Shown: positions 28,739-39,942, counted from the first letter of the stretch. The stretch is 64,000 bases of DNA from an uncultured Gemmatimonadales bacterium (GCA_963707505.1 CAVPQB010000004.1:256001-320000), one strand, 5' to 3'. A program made the numbers and translations. Notes: generated from the letters alone by a model not told the origin.

Positions 28739-29962
28739 ATGCCGAAACAAACAACAAGCGACAGTTCCGCGCCGCGCGTTCCTGATTCCGTGCGCGCCCT
28801 GTTCCCCGACGATCTTGCTCTTCAGCTCTCCGCGCTGCGCCGCGACCTGCATCGCAATCCCGAGCTGTCGTGGCACGAGAAGCGAACGTCGGAGCTGCTC
28901 GCGTCGACGCTGGAAGGGTTCGGCGTCACCGACATCAAACGTGTCGCCAATACGGGACTCATCGCACGCGTACCGGGTCGCGACCACTCCGCACCGATAG
29001 TCGCGCTGCGCGGAGACATCGATGCGCTACCAATCCACGAAGATACCGGATTGTCGTTTTCGTCGGCAAACGATGGCGTGATGCACGCATGTGGTCACGA
29101 CGTGCATGCGAGCTGGGCTGTTGCGGCGACGCGCCTGCTGCTCGAATCGCCAGCGCGTGGCGACGTGCTCGTCGTCTTTCAGCCTGCCGAAGAAGTCGGC
29201 GAAGGCGCGCGCGCGATCCTTGCAACCGGCGCGCTCGACGCGGTGCGCGCCATATTCGGCGGCCACGTCGATCGCAGATTCGAGGTTGGGCAGATCGTCG
29301 CGCAGGAAGGCGCACTCGCTGCATCCACCGATACCTTTCGCATAACGCTCACCGGAGCCGGATCGCACGGTGCACGTCCGCACGAGTCACGCGACCCGAT
29401 CGTCGGAGCAGGTGCGCTGATAGGCGCGTTGCAGACGATCGTGTCGCGACAGCTGGATCCCGCAAAGCCGGGCGTGGTGACGGTGGGTACGATCAAGGGT
29501 GGAAGCGCACCGAACATCATTCCAGACAGCGTCGAGCTGAGCGGCACCATTCGCGCGACAACCACCGAGACGCGCACGCTGCTCACAGGTGAAGTGCAGC
29601 GCATGGCCGAGGCAATCGCCGCAACGTACGGACTAACCGCCGCTGTTGTGCTCAAGGGTGGAACTCCGCCAATCGTAAATCCCGCGATCGGCGCCAACTG
29701 GGCGCGCCAAGCCGTCACTCAGGTGCTTGGCGCCGATGCGCTCGTGCCGCTTGGCACCACCAACATGGGTGGTGAGGACTTCGCGGAGTACATCCAGAAG
29801 ATTCCCGGCTGCTTCATGCGAATTGGTGCACGCGAGAAAGGTGGCCGCGTGATCGCTGCGCACTCGCCGTCGTACTATGCATCGGAGGACGCACTGTTCA
29901 TTGGTGCGGCCGTTCTGGCGGAATGTGCTCGCGTCGCATCGGAGTCGCTGGCGGGGAAGTAG
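28739..29962 (+). CDS. M20D amidohydrolase (HipO/aminoacylase-like)
   Basis: HRNPELS, RGDIDALP, MHACGHD, FQPAEE, GSHGARPH and GGEDF. Confidence 0.92.
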   Translation: MPKQTTSDSSAPRVPDSVRALFPDDLALQLSALRRDLHRNPELSWHEKRTSELLASTLEGFGVTDIKRVANTGLIARVPGRDHSAPIVALRGDIDALPIHEDTGLSFSSANDGVMHACGHDVHASWAVAATRLLLESPARGDVLVVFQPAEEVGEGARAILATGALDAVRAIFGGHVDRRFEVGQIVAQEGALAASTDTFRITLTGAGSHGARPHESRDPIVGAGALIGALQTIVSRQLDPAKPGVVTVGTIKGGSAPNIIPDSVELSGTIRATTTETRTLLTGEVQRMAEAIAATYGLTAAVVLKGGTPPIVNPAIGANWARQAVTQVLGADALVPLGTTNMGGEDFAEYIQKIPGCFMRIGAREKGGRVIAAHSPSYYASEDALFIGAAVLAECARVASESLAGK

Positions 29963-29967
29963 TCTTC

Positions 29968-30816
29968 CTAGTAGTCCACCGGCCGCAGATACGACTCACC
30001 AATCGCTGTCGGACTCAGCATCGCCACCGTCGGAAGCTTGCGCTTCCAGTGAGTCGAGCCGAGCCGCTTGCGCACGATCTCCACGTCGTCGGGAGCGAAG
30101 CCGTGCGCAACGATCTCTTCTGGTGTGTATCCGGTCAGCAGCCAGTTGAGAATCGCATCGGCCTTCGCGTACGAGATCCCGAAATCGCTTTCGTCAGTCT
30201 GACCCTGAATCAGGTCAGCTGATGCGGGCTTGTTGATGATCGCGTCGGGAACACCGAGGAATCTGGCAAGCTCCCACACCTGCGTCTTGAAGAGATCGCC
30301 CAACGGGTTGATCGGCGGCGAATCATCGGCGTGCCAAGTGAAGTAGCCAAAGAGCCGCTCGGTTTTATTGCCAGTGCCGACCGGCAGCGCATGGTACTTC
30401 GCCGAGAGGTCGAATAACACGATCATTCGCATCCGCGCCATTACATTGCCGCGACGGGATGCGTCGGCGTCGGCCTCATTTTCGAGATATCCATCCACCG
30501 CGGAAGTGATGTCGATCGTGCGCTCCACCAAGCCGAGCGCGTCGGTTACAAGCTTCGCATGCTCGAGTGATTGTCGGTTGCTCGTGCGATATGGCATACG
30601 GACTGCGATCGTATTCTCGGCACCGAGCGCGCGGGCGCACAGAAATCCGGTGACCGCAGAGTCGACTCCTCCCGACATGCCGACCACCGCTTTCCTGAAA
30701 TCACGCCGCTTGAATTCTGCGCGCAGAAAGGCAACCAGCCATTCGGTCGTGAGCTCGCAGTCGAGTGCGAGCGGCGGTGGCGTTGTGCCTGTGATTAGTG
30801 GAGCGATGGGTTTCAC
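29968..30816 (-). CDS. nadE: NAD+ synthetase, synthetase subunit
   Basis: GMSGGVDS, GNVMARMRM, GTGNKTE, PLGDLFKTQV, KPASADL and HWKRK. Confidence 0.96.
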   Translation of the reverse strand: MKPIAPLITGTTPPPLALDCELTTEWLVAFLRAEFKRRDFRKAVVGMSGGVDSAVTGFLCARALGAENTIAVRMPYRTSNRQSLEHAKLVTDALGLVERTIDITSAVDGYLENEADADASRRGNVMARMRMIVLFDLSAKYHALPVGTGNKTERLFGYFTWHADDSPPINPLGDLFKTQVWELARFLGVPDAIINKPASADLIQGQTDESDFGISYAKADAILNWLLTGYTPEEIVAHGFAPDDVEIVRKRLGSTHWKRKLPTVAMLSPTAIGESYLRPVDY

Positions 30817-30822
30817 GAGAGC

Positions 30823-31722
30823 CTATTCACGCTCGCCGGCGCGTCCAAGCGAGCGCAGCATGTGCGGCAACATCGTTTTGAGATCCGCTAGCAGCGGCGA
30901 GGACGCGCGCGCACGCGTGATGTCGCGCAGGTCGAGTGCGACAGCTATCGAAGCCTCGTCCCACAACGGTGCGCGCGCGCGAATGTCGCCGTGCGGGCCC
31001 GCGATAACCGATCCGCCGGGAAATGCCTTTCCCCCCTCGTTGCCCGTGAGCTGAATCAGTGCTACGAACACGCCGTGCTCTTCCGCGCGGTCGCGTGCGA
31101 GACGCTCCCATCGATGCATGCTCGCGGGTCCGCGTATCTCCTCGTCCGGTTGTGGCCACGCGCCCCGCGCTGGAGATGCGGATGGAACGAAGATGATCTG
31201 CGCGCCGTCGAGCGCCGCTGCGGTAGCGGTGAGCGCATGCCACGCATCCTCGCAGATGAGGATTGCAGCGCGTCCCCAGCGCGTGTCGAACGCGCGGACC
31301 CCGAGCCCATGTTCGACGAACCTTTCTTCATCGAAGAGACCGTACGTGGGGAGAAAGACCTTGCGGTGCACGTGAGCGATCACCGGCTCGTCGCCGCCGA
31401 GCGTGACGTACATCGCGCTGTTGAAGTATGTGTTCTCGTGCAGCTCGTAGAATCCGGCAACTACATCGACGTGCCCGGCACAACGCGCGCGAAACGCACT
31501 GTTGAGGTCGGTCGCGAAAGTCGAGGCCGGCAATGCGACATCACGAACACCCCCCTCGACGAAATAGCCGGTAAGCACGGTTTCCGAGAACGCGATGACG
31601 TCAGGCCGCGGCTCAGCGCTCATGAACGACTCGAACAGTTGTTCGAATCGCTTGAGATTGCCTGAATAATCGCCCTTCTTCGGCTGGAATTGCGCGATGG
31701 TGAGGTTCACAACGTCGGCCAT
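30823..31722 (-). CDS. Nitrilase-fold C-N hydrolase, probable glutaminase subunit of NAD synthetase
   Basis: E-K-C triad (FSET, HRKVFLPTYGLFDEERF, ICEDAW) and SASP. Ends 6 nt before nadE. Confidence 0.88.
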   Translation of the reverse strand: MADVVNLTIAQFQPKKGDYSGNLKRFEQLFESFMSAEPRPDVIAFSETVLTGYFVEGGVRDVALPASTFATDLNSAFRARCAGHVDVVAGFYELHENTYFNSAMYVTLGGDEPVIAHVHRKVFLPTYGLFDEERFVEHGLGVRAFDTRWGRAAILICEDAWHALTATAAALDGAQIIFVPSASPARGAWPQPDEEIRGPASMHRWERLARDRAEEHGVFVALIQLTGNEGGKAFPGGSVIAGPHGDIRARAPLWDEASIAVALDLRDITRARASSPLLADLKTMLPHMLRSLGRAGERE

Positions 31723-31821
31723 GGTAGAAACTTCACACTGGTCGGAAGGGGGCGGTAGGTGCAGCGGATATATCCACGCCGTGCGCGGGAGCACCAATTC
31801 GGTGAGTGGATGGACGTCGTC

Positions 31822-32739
31822 TTACCGCACCCGCAATATCCCCTCGCTTACCAGCACGGATTCTCCAGCGACTCTGACCGCAGAAATATTCCCGCCGCTC
31901 CTTTCCGCCGACAGCGACAGAATACTCGGTCGCCCCATCTCGAATCCCTGCTCGACGGTCCAGCTCAGCACCGCACCATCTGCCGAATGTTTCGCGAGAT
32001 ACGCCGCAAGACACGCAGCTGCAGAACCGGTAGCGGGATCCTCGCCGATCCCAAGGTCCGGTGCGAACATCCGCGCGCGGATGTTCGCACCGCGCCTCGA
32101 CACGGCGCTCGCGTCGAAGAGATACACTTCCTTCGTCCATCCATTCGCCAGCACTCGCTCCCACGTCGCACGGTCGAGCTTTGCGCGACTGACTGCATCG
32201 CGGCTCGTGAGTGGCGCAATGAGGAATGGAACTCCGCACGACACCGCCTCTGCTGTCAGCGATGTCGTCGACACGTCGGATGCATCCAGCGACAGCAGAG
32301 CCGCGATGTCGCGTGCCGTGGGCGCGTCGCTCCTGAACTCCGGCGCCTGCGCGGTCGTGAGCTGCGCAGAGACTGGCTTCCCGTTCTCGACGCGGATCGT
32401 CACCGGCACCGGTCCCACGCCCTCGCCGAGTACGATGTGCGTCTCGCCTTCGGTCAACGGGATCATTCCAGTCGCAGCAAGCAGGAACGCAGTCCCTACG
32501 GTAGGATGTCCCGCGAACGGCAGCTCTCGGCCCGGCGTGAAGATCCGGACGCGCCGGGTGTGCGATGCGTCTTCGGGTGGCAGTATGAATACGGTTTCGG
32601 AGAGATTGAACTCTCTGCAGATCTGTTGCATCTGCTCCGTGCTCAGTCCGCGCGCGTCGGTGAGTACCGCGAGCGGATTGCCGCCGAATATCGTATCGGT
32701 GAATACGTCGAGCGTGTGAAACGCGTATGAGTCGCTCAA
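31822..32739 (-). CDS. PhzF family isomerase
   Basis: DVFT..FGGNPLAV, NLSETVF, RIFTP..ELPFAGHPT, EDPATGSA and EQGFEMGRPS. The TTG start overlaps the GNAT stop. Confidence 0.93.
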   Translation of the reverse strand: MSDSYAFHTLDVFTDTIFGGNPLAVLTDARGLSTEQMQQICREFNLSETVFILPPEDASHTRRVRIFTPGRELPFAGHPTVGTAFLLAATGMIPLTEGETHIVLGEGVGPVPVTIRVENGKPVSAQLTTAQAPEFRSDAPTARDIAALLSLDASDVSTTSLTAEAVSCGVPFLIAPLTSRDAVSRAKLDRATWERVLANGWTKEVYLFDASAVSRRGANIRARMFAPDLGIGEDPATGSAAACLAAYLAKHSADGAVLSWTVEQGFEMGRPSILSLSAERSGGNISAVRVAGESVLVSEGILRVR

Positions 32740-33392
32740 ACCACCGGCTCCGGGTTCGGTGTGATGCCGTATGATACAGCGTTCTTGTAGGCGCGATGAT
32801 TCGGGTCGCGCCAATCGTAGTCCATGATGCTGTAGTAGACCGTATCGCGCACGCGTCCGTCGCGCACCACCATGTGCTGTCGGAAAGTCCCTTCGTACAA
32901 CCCGCCGATGCGCTCGATCGCTGCACGCGATCTCGTATTGCGCACATCGGTCTTGATCTCCACGCGCAACGCGCCCCATACATCGAAGGCCTGGCGCAAC
33001 ATCATCGCTTTCGCCTCGCCATTCACTCCCGTGCGCTGCCGGTCGGGACGCATCCACGTCCATCCGATCTCGACGCGGTGATCGGCGAGGCTCATGTTCG
33101 CGAATCTCGTCGAGCCGATGATCTCGCCAGTTACCGGATCGGTCGTGACGAATGGGACTGCGGTTCCGGTCGCCTGCTCAGCGAGCGCAACATCGACGTA
33201 GCGTCGCATGTCGTCGGCGGTATTTATCGGACGTGTTCCGGTGTGCTCCCAGATCGCGGGGAAATCCGCGGCTCTGAACAACGCATCTACGTGATCGCGT
33301 GTCATTGGAATGAGACGGGCCCGTAGCCCTTCAAGGGTTACGGGCCCGACATGCATGGGAACCTGCTCGACGTACCGCGTCGCGTCTGTCAT
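32736..33392 (-). CDS. RimJ/RimL-type GNAT N-acetyltransferase (copy 2)
   Basis: Close paralog of 26061..26714. Confidence 0.9.
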   Translation of the reverse strand: MTDATRYVEQVPMHVGPVTLEGLRARLIPMTRDHVDALFRAADFPAIWEHTGTRPINTADDMRRYVDVALAEQATGTAVPFVTTDPVTGEIIGSTRFANMSLADHRVEIGWTWMRPDRQRTGVNGEAKAMMLRQAFDVWGALRVEIKTDVRNTRSRAAIERIGGLYEGTFRQHMVVRDGRVRDTVYYSIMDYDWRDPNHRAYKNAVSYGITPNPEPVV

Positions 33393-33446
33393 CTCAGCCT
33401 GAATCTCCGATCGAAGTTATCAGACGAGAAAGATAAGACATACGCG

Positions 33447-34921
33447 TTAGAGAATCTCCGTCTTGCGCGACTCCTTCGATTCACGACGTGACACGCCAAG
33501 CTCGACGGGCAGATCGAAGTGCCGGTGCCGCACAGCTGCCGCATCGCGTCGCGCGATCTCGGTGGGATCCGCGGCGAGGTATTCGGTGGGAACATGCGTG
33601 CCGCGGCGCGCCAGCTTCTCCGTCATGATCGTGTAGCGCATCATGAGCGACGAGATGATGAACGCCGCGCTGCAGCCGCCGAGCAACGGCAGAAGGCCGA
33701 TCGGCTGTCGCGTCGTCTCGAAGGCGAACACGACGGACGTGAGCAGCGCGCGTGATGCGCCGGCGAAGATCGCCGCCATTCCGACCAGTGCCGCGATGCG
33801 CGGGTCCACGCCCAGGCCCGGGAACCAGTGAACGCACAGTATGCCGAGCAGCGCGCCGAGGCCGCCGCCGATCGTGAACAACGGTGCGAGCGTTCCGCCC
33901 GACGTGCCGCTGCCGAGTGCGATCGACCATGAGACGAACTTGAGCACGACGAGCGCTATCAGCACGACGTTGGTGAAGTTGCCGGCCAGAATGTTCGAGA
34001 TGTTGTCGTAGCCCACGCCCAGAGTGCGCGGCTCGAAGTATCCGATGACGCCGACCACGACGGCGCCCAGTGGCAGGGAACCACATCCAGTGGATCGGCA
34101 GCTTCTCGAAACCTTCCTCGATGTAGTACAGCGACTTGGTCACGCCGACAGCGGCGATTCCGACTATCGCGCCCAGCACCATGTACGTCGTCAATGCCTC
34201 GCCACTCGGCTGCGTCAGCTGCGGCATCGCGAAGACGCCGGCGGAGCCCTCGAATACCATGCGAATGCCCGTCGCCGTCGCGGACGCGAGCGCGACTGGG
34301 ACGAGCGAGCGCGGGCGGTATTCGAACAACAGCAGCTCGATTGCGAGAAGCACCGCGGCAACGGGAGTTCCGAAGATCGCCGCCATTCCGGCGGCCGCGC
34401 CGGCCGCGAGCAGTGTCTTGCGCTCGTCGGGCGTGGTGTGAAGCACCTGACCGACGAGCGATCCGAGCGCGCCGCCTGTCGCTATGATCGGGCCCTCCGC
34501 GCCGAACGGTCCACCCGAGCCGATCGCGATCGCGGCGGACAACGGCTTGAGCACGGTGATCTTCGGCGAGATCTTGCTCTCGTTGGTGAGGATTTGCTCC
34601 ATCGCCTCCGGGATTCCGTGACCGCGAATTGCCCCCGATCCGTACCGCGCCATCAGCCCGACGATGACGCCGCCGATCACCGGCATGATCACCACCCAGA
34701 TGCCGAGGTGATTGTCGGCCGGCGAGACGCTGCGGGCCGTGAACTGGCCGAAGAACGATGATGTTGGTGACGAGAGCGATCGCCGCGATGAGCAGTCTCG
34801 CGATTCCCACCGCTCCCACGCCAACGATTATCGCAAGACCGGATATGACCAGCGTTCGGCGTTGTTCGACGTCGTAGAAAGGTGGAGTGTGCTGTGCTTC
34901 AACTGCTGCCGGATGCGTCAT
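33447..34921 (-). CDS. ClC family chloride channel/antiporter (frameshifted near 34755 and 34070)
   Basis: GHGIPE, GGPFGAEGP, AGAAAGMAAIFGTP and GTSGGTLAP across three overlapping ORFs. Confidence 0.88.
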
Positions 34922-35393
34922 CTTCGAAGATCAGGGTGGCGGGTTCTTCATCGGCGCCCATCAGGGAGACGAGGCTGTTCAATTCGCTCGATAGCTGGCC
35001 GAGCGAGCCGGCGGGCATAGCGGAGAGTGCCCGGGTGAGGCGCTCCTGCACCGTGGGCGGCTTGCGATGCATGAGCGCTGCTCCTTCGGCCGTTATGACG
35101 ACCTGGGTGCGTCGGGCGTCAGCAGCGGAGCTGAGGCGGGAAACGAGTCCCTTGGCCTCGAGCCGGCTCACTACTACCGACACCGAGCTCTGGTCGGTGG
35201 AGGTACGCGCCGCGAGGTCGTTCATCGACTCGGCGGGTGCCTCGAGCAAGAGTTGTAGAACGAACGTTTGAGCGGTACTCAGTCCGGTTTCTCGCTCGAC
35301 CGACACGGCAGTCGTTCGAAGGGTCCGGACGAGGCGACGGATCGCCACGAGGGCGCTGCCGACCGACTCCGGTGGATTTGTATTGGAACCCAT
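34899..35393 (-). CDS. MarR family transcriptional regulator
   Basis: GLSTAQ.FVL, DQSSVSVVVSRLEAKGLV and DARR..V.IT.EG. Confidence 0.9.
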   Translation of the reverse strand: MGSNTNPPESVGSALVAIRRLVRTLRTTAVSVERETGLSTAQTFVLQLLLEAPAESMNDLAARTSTDQSSVSVVVSRLEAKGLVSRLSSAADARRTQVVITAEGAALMHRKPPTVQERLTRALSAMPAGSLGQLSSELNSLVSLMGADEEPATLIFEDDASGSS

Positions 35394-35468
35394 GCGTATG
35401 AAGCTAACACACCGTGCTGCAAGGACATAGGAGGCAAAGTGTACCAACGCAGGGTTATCTTCGAAAGC

Positions 35469-37501
35469 ATGACCCTTGCCGCACGGCGGATCGCCCTGAC
35501 CAGCGCGCTCCTGCTCCTTGCGACGCCTGTGCTGCGCGCGGGCGCCCAGAGCAGTTCGGCCGATCCGTGGCGCATCGACCCTCTGCCGCAGGCGTCGCTC
35601 GTTTTCGCGAACGACGGAGCGCTGGTGGGCGAGATCGGCAAAGAGCTGCGCACCAGCATCTCGATTCGCACACTCCCGAAGTACGTCGGTCAGGCCTTCG
35701 TGGCGGTCGAGGATCAGCGCTTCTATCAACACAACGGCGTCGATCTCATCGGCATCGCTGGCGCGATAAAGGACGACATCATGGGCGACCGGCGCGGCGC
35801 GAGCACCATCACGCAACAGCTGGTCGGCAACATGCATCCGGACATCATCAACCGGAATGACAGGGATCAGTCAGCGCTCGCGCGGCTGGAACGCAAGCGT
35901 CGTGAGCAGCAGGCTGCGCGCGAGATGGAGAAGCACTACAACAAGGAACAGATCCTCGAAGGCTATCTCAACGTCATATCGTTCGGGCACGGCTACTACG
36001 GAATCGAGAGCGCCGCGCAGCACTACTTCGGAAAATCGGCGAGCAAGCTGACACTTCCCGAAGCGGCGACACTCGCAGCGATGCCGAAGGGTCCCGGCGA
36101 TATACGATCCGGTGCTGCATGCAGCGCGCACGGTCGAGCGACGCAATACGGTTCTGGCGCTGATGCTGCAGCAGCACTACATCACGCAGTCAGAGTTCAA
36201 CAGTGCGCGCGCTACTCCGCTCGTCACGGCTCCCAACTGGGGAATGCCGGCGCCGGCCCAGTACTTCGTCGATGTCGTGCGCATCCAGGCAACTCGCGCC
36301 GGGATTCCGGTGATGTCCGGCGGCTATCGCATCTATACGAGCATCGATCCGGTGATGCAGACCGCTGCAACCGACGCACTGCGCGATGAAGCAAATGCAA
36401 TAGAGGCGCGGCCAGGATACAAGCATCCGACAATCGCCTCTGGGAACGACTATTTGCAGGGAGCGGTAGTCGCGCTGGATCCGAACACCGGAGACGTGCG
36501 CGCACTCGTCGGCGGGACGGGACTACGCACGCAGCTCGTACGACCGCGCCATCGATGGAATGCGTCAGCCGGGCTCGTCGTTCAAGCCGATCGTCTACGC
36601 TACAGCGGTAGCAGACAGTCTCGCACCGACGACGATGCTCGCGGATACTGCAATCGCGATCCTTCTCCCGAACGGTCGCTACTACCGTCCGGACGACGAC
36701 GATCACCGTTACCTCGGCATGATCACGATGCGCGAGGCGCTCGCGAAGTCGCGCAACATCGTTGCCGTCGAGCTGGGCCAGAAGCTCGGCATGGATTCCG
36801 TCATTGCGACCGCGCGGCGGATGGGAATCACGTCGCCGATCGCCCCCGTTCCGGCAAGCGCGATCGGTGCGTCGGCGGTGCAGCCGCTGAATCTCATCAG
36901 TGCGTACACGACTTTCGCGAATCTCGGCACGCCAGTGACGCCGAGGTTCATATACAGGGTCGAGGATCCGAGCGGCAAGGTCGTGATGTCGCAACCGGTT
37001 CACGCGTTGCCGCCGGCGTTGGATCCGCGTGTTGCGTTCGTCACACGCGACATGATGCGCGACGTGGTAGATCGTGGAACTGCGACTGCCGTGCGCAAGT
37101 ATGTGCCGTCCAGCATACCAGTCGCTGGAAAGACGGGAACTACGAACGACAATACCGATGCGTGGTTCATCGGAGTTGCACCGGGGATCGTCGCCGGTGT
37201 ATGGATGGGCTTCGATCGTCCAACGCCGATGGGCAGCGCGTCGGCGGGTGGCGCGATCGCGGCACCGGTGTGGGGCCGCATGGTGTCGGCCTATCTCAAT
37301 GCGCGCGGCGCTCGCGCAACCGACTGGATGCCACCAATCGGCGTGATAAGCGCGGATCTGGATCGCGCGACGGGGCAGATGGCGAACGCACTCACACCGC
37401 CGAACCGACGCTATACGGAGTACTGGGTCGAAGGAACGGAGCCGGATTCACTCAAGCTGGATCCGTGGACTGCGTTCAAGGGCGGCGCGCTGGTTTTCTA
37501 G
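35469..37501 (+). CDS. Class A penicillin-binding protein (PBP1A type; frameshifts near 36093 and 36516)
   Basis: EDQRFYQH, GASTITQQL, RQPGSSFKP (SxxK), SRN and KTGT. Confidence 0.92.
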
Positions 37502-37596
37502 CTGCCGCGAAAAACGTCGCTCTGCCACCGGGCGAGCTTCGCCGCTGTTCGGACGATTCATGATCCAGGGCTCTTCGATCATCGCGTCCCGCAGCT

Positions 37597-38627
37597 CTAC
37601 CGCACGAAGTTTATCGCCATCACCGGCGTCACCGACCCGGACGAATTCCTCCCCGGCATGATTCTGCGGACGCCGAAAATCACGCCCAGATTCGGAGTCC
37701 AGTTGTATTCCACAGCTGGAATGAAGCCGATCGCGTCGCTCCATCCTGAGCTCGTGGTGAGACCACGCGAGCTCTGTACGTTGGCGGGATTCAGAATGTC
37801 GTTTGCGCTTACGATGGTACTCGCATGCTGTCCGTAATTGACGTCAAGGCCCAGCACCCATCGCTTCGTCAGGCTGTACTCGCCGGATGCGTCGGCGAAG
37901 AACGAACCTCCCGGCTTCGCGCGGCCGCGAAATCCAGCTTCTGTACCGTACACGCTCACGTCCCGTACGGCAACGTTATTCGAGAACGCCTGCGACAGAT
38001 CCAGTCGCGTACGCAGTATCCTGCCGTTTGGCATCCAGAAATACGTCTGCGAGTAGATCGACAACGTCGTCGTGTACGCGCCCTGTCCCATCCCATCGCT
38101 CGGCCGGTCGCCCAACCGATCGTACTTTCCCGTGGGAAATGTCTCTTCCACCAGGGCGGATACGGTCGGAATCCAGCTGCCTTCGTGAAATTGCGTGAGC
38201 CTGTATTGGGCGAGTACGCTCACGTCCCCCAACCCGACATGCGAGCTGCTCGGTCCGCCGTTGGAGTTCCTGCTCTGCTGGTTGTAACCGATGACGGGAA
38301 TGAATCCGACCGCAACGCGATCTGCGAGTCCGTACACCAGAAACGCACTCGATCCGAAACTGTCCGCGTGGGGGTGCGCACATCATAGACATACGGCTCG
38401 AACAGGAAGTGTCCTGGAGGTAACGTTCCCGCACCCGCTGCTGCGATGGGGCCAGTCCACCATGCGTCGCTGGGAGACTGCCGGACGCTGTCGGAGCCGG
38501 TCTGCGCCGACATGCGCAGCGACAGCAATGCTACAAGCAGACTGCAGTACCGGAGGTGTCTCCGCACAATCCGTGTCGTCCACTCACGGATCCGCCTGCC
38601 CACGCGATGGCTGATCTGGAAGGCCAT
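37597..38627 (-). CDS. Putative outer-membrane beta-barrel ('transporter'/MetA-pathway-like), frameshift near 38350
   Basis: Signal-like N-terminus, WWTGP...FEPY, GLGDVS..QYRL, FPTGKY and alternating beta-strand pattern. Start uncertain. Confidence 0.65.
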
Positions 38628-39391
38628 GTCTCGAGTACGAGAGTGGCAGAGAGCGGGCAGTTCGAGTCAGCCGCCAGCGCTCCACCGGCGCACAGAGCCG
38701 CTCCTTCGAGCAACGCGTGCTTCCGTTCGGTCCATTCGCGTAATGCGCAAAGCTTCGCACGGTGACGGTTGTATGCACTGACATCGTCGAACTGCGCGAA
38801 CCACACGAATGCATGTTCGCCCTCACGCACAGGCAGTCGCGGGAATGTATTTTCGGCCGGCTTCCGTTTCCAACGCTGGCGCGCGGTGGCGCACCGCTCG
38901 CGATCATCTCCGGTGCAATCATTCGCTCGAAGAAGTCCGCGAAGCCGGCACTCGCATGTGGTACGATCGTATAGATCGTGACGACCGTCAGTCCGGTTGG
39001 AATGCACGTCGCGCGAGTGTCCGCTCGACTCACCTTCTCCACGCTCGAAACCGGATGCGGGGTCGCGGGACAGAAGCAGGCGCACGTTGTCCGAGTCGAT
39101 CATCGTAGCATTCGCCATATCACGGTGCGTCGTCCACGCCGGCCCATCGTAGAACGCCGCCAGCGCAGTCTTGCGTGAGCCCATGTCCGTGAAGCCACGC
39201 AGCCAGGTGAAGACGTCCGGATGGTCGATGTCGCGGAATTGTGCAATGACATCCATGCCACACTCTTCCTGCGTCTCCACGAACTCACGGTCGAACAGCG
39301 CGATCAACGTCTCGCGTGTGCCGGGATGCAGCGTGTATCGGCGCAACTCCACGACCGGCCATGACGTGTTCGGCCCCGCCGGGCTTGTCAC
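38584..39391 (-). CDS. NIPSNAP family protein (frameshifted)
   Basis: VVELRRYTLHPG, FTWLRGF, AFYDGP.W, DSDNVRLL and ENTFPRLPVREGE. GTGA overlap with the upstream gene. Confidence 0.8.
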
Positions 39392-39942
39392 TCCTGCCTC
39401 GAATGCACGTTGAACGATCGTCGCCGAGTCGGCACGCGCGTGAAGCTCATGATCCAATTCGTCTCCCACGTTCTGCCGCCGTCTGCGGAATATGCCTGTT
39501 CCCACCGGCACTTCTCTCGCGTGAGGCTCGTCCAGTAAAAGCGGACGAAAATGCTGCGCTCCTGGAACGCCTCCTGATTGTAGAATTCGCCGTAACCGTT
39601 CCTGAAATCACCGATCATCATTGGCTGATCGAGTGTCCCGTTGTCGGCGGTGGACCAGTGGATCGCCCACTGCCGAGACAACGGGCTGTAGAGACGCAAC
39701 GCGAGCCCGCGCAACCTGCCGCCGGGGAGTTTTGCGTCGAGCTCTTCAATGTTTGCCTGACCATCCCACAGCGGCCGCTCCACCGCGGTTCCATCGAACT
39801 CGTACCGCTCGCTCGATCCGGACAGCGGGTGGCATAAACGCCGATGATGGACCGCCCATCGACCAAGCAGAAAGTCGAAATCGTGAGATCCGTCGTGTAG
39901 CGGAGCAATCGCCGTCGCTGCGAATTCCCGGGCGGTCGTCAT
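39388..39942 (-). CDS. DUF1579-like protein
   Basis: HDFDFLLGRW..HHRRL and RWEQAYSADGGRTWETNWIM. Confidence 0.82.
   Translation of the reverse strand: MTTAREFAATAIAPLHDGSHDFDFLLGRWAVHHRRLCHPLSGSSERYEFDGTAVERPLWDGQANIEELDAKLPGGRLRGLALRLYSPLSRQWAIHWSTADNGTLDQPMMIGDFRNGYGEFYNQEAFQERSIFVRFYWTSLTREKCRWEQAYSADGGRTWETNWIMSFTRVPTRRRSFNVHSRQE

Noticed and set aside
31822..32739. Phenazine biosynthesis cluster
   Set aside because: Only a lone PhzF-family gene is present, with no phzA/B/D/E/G.
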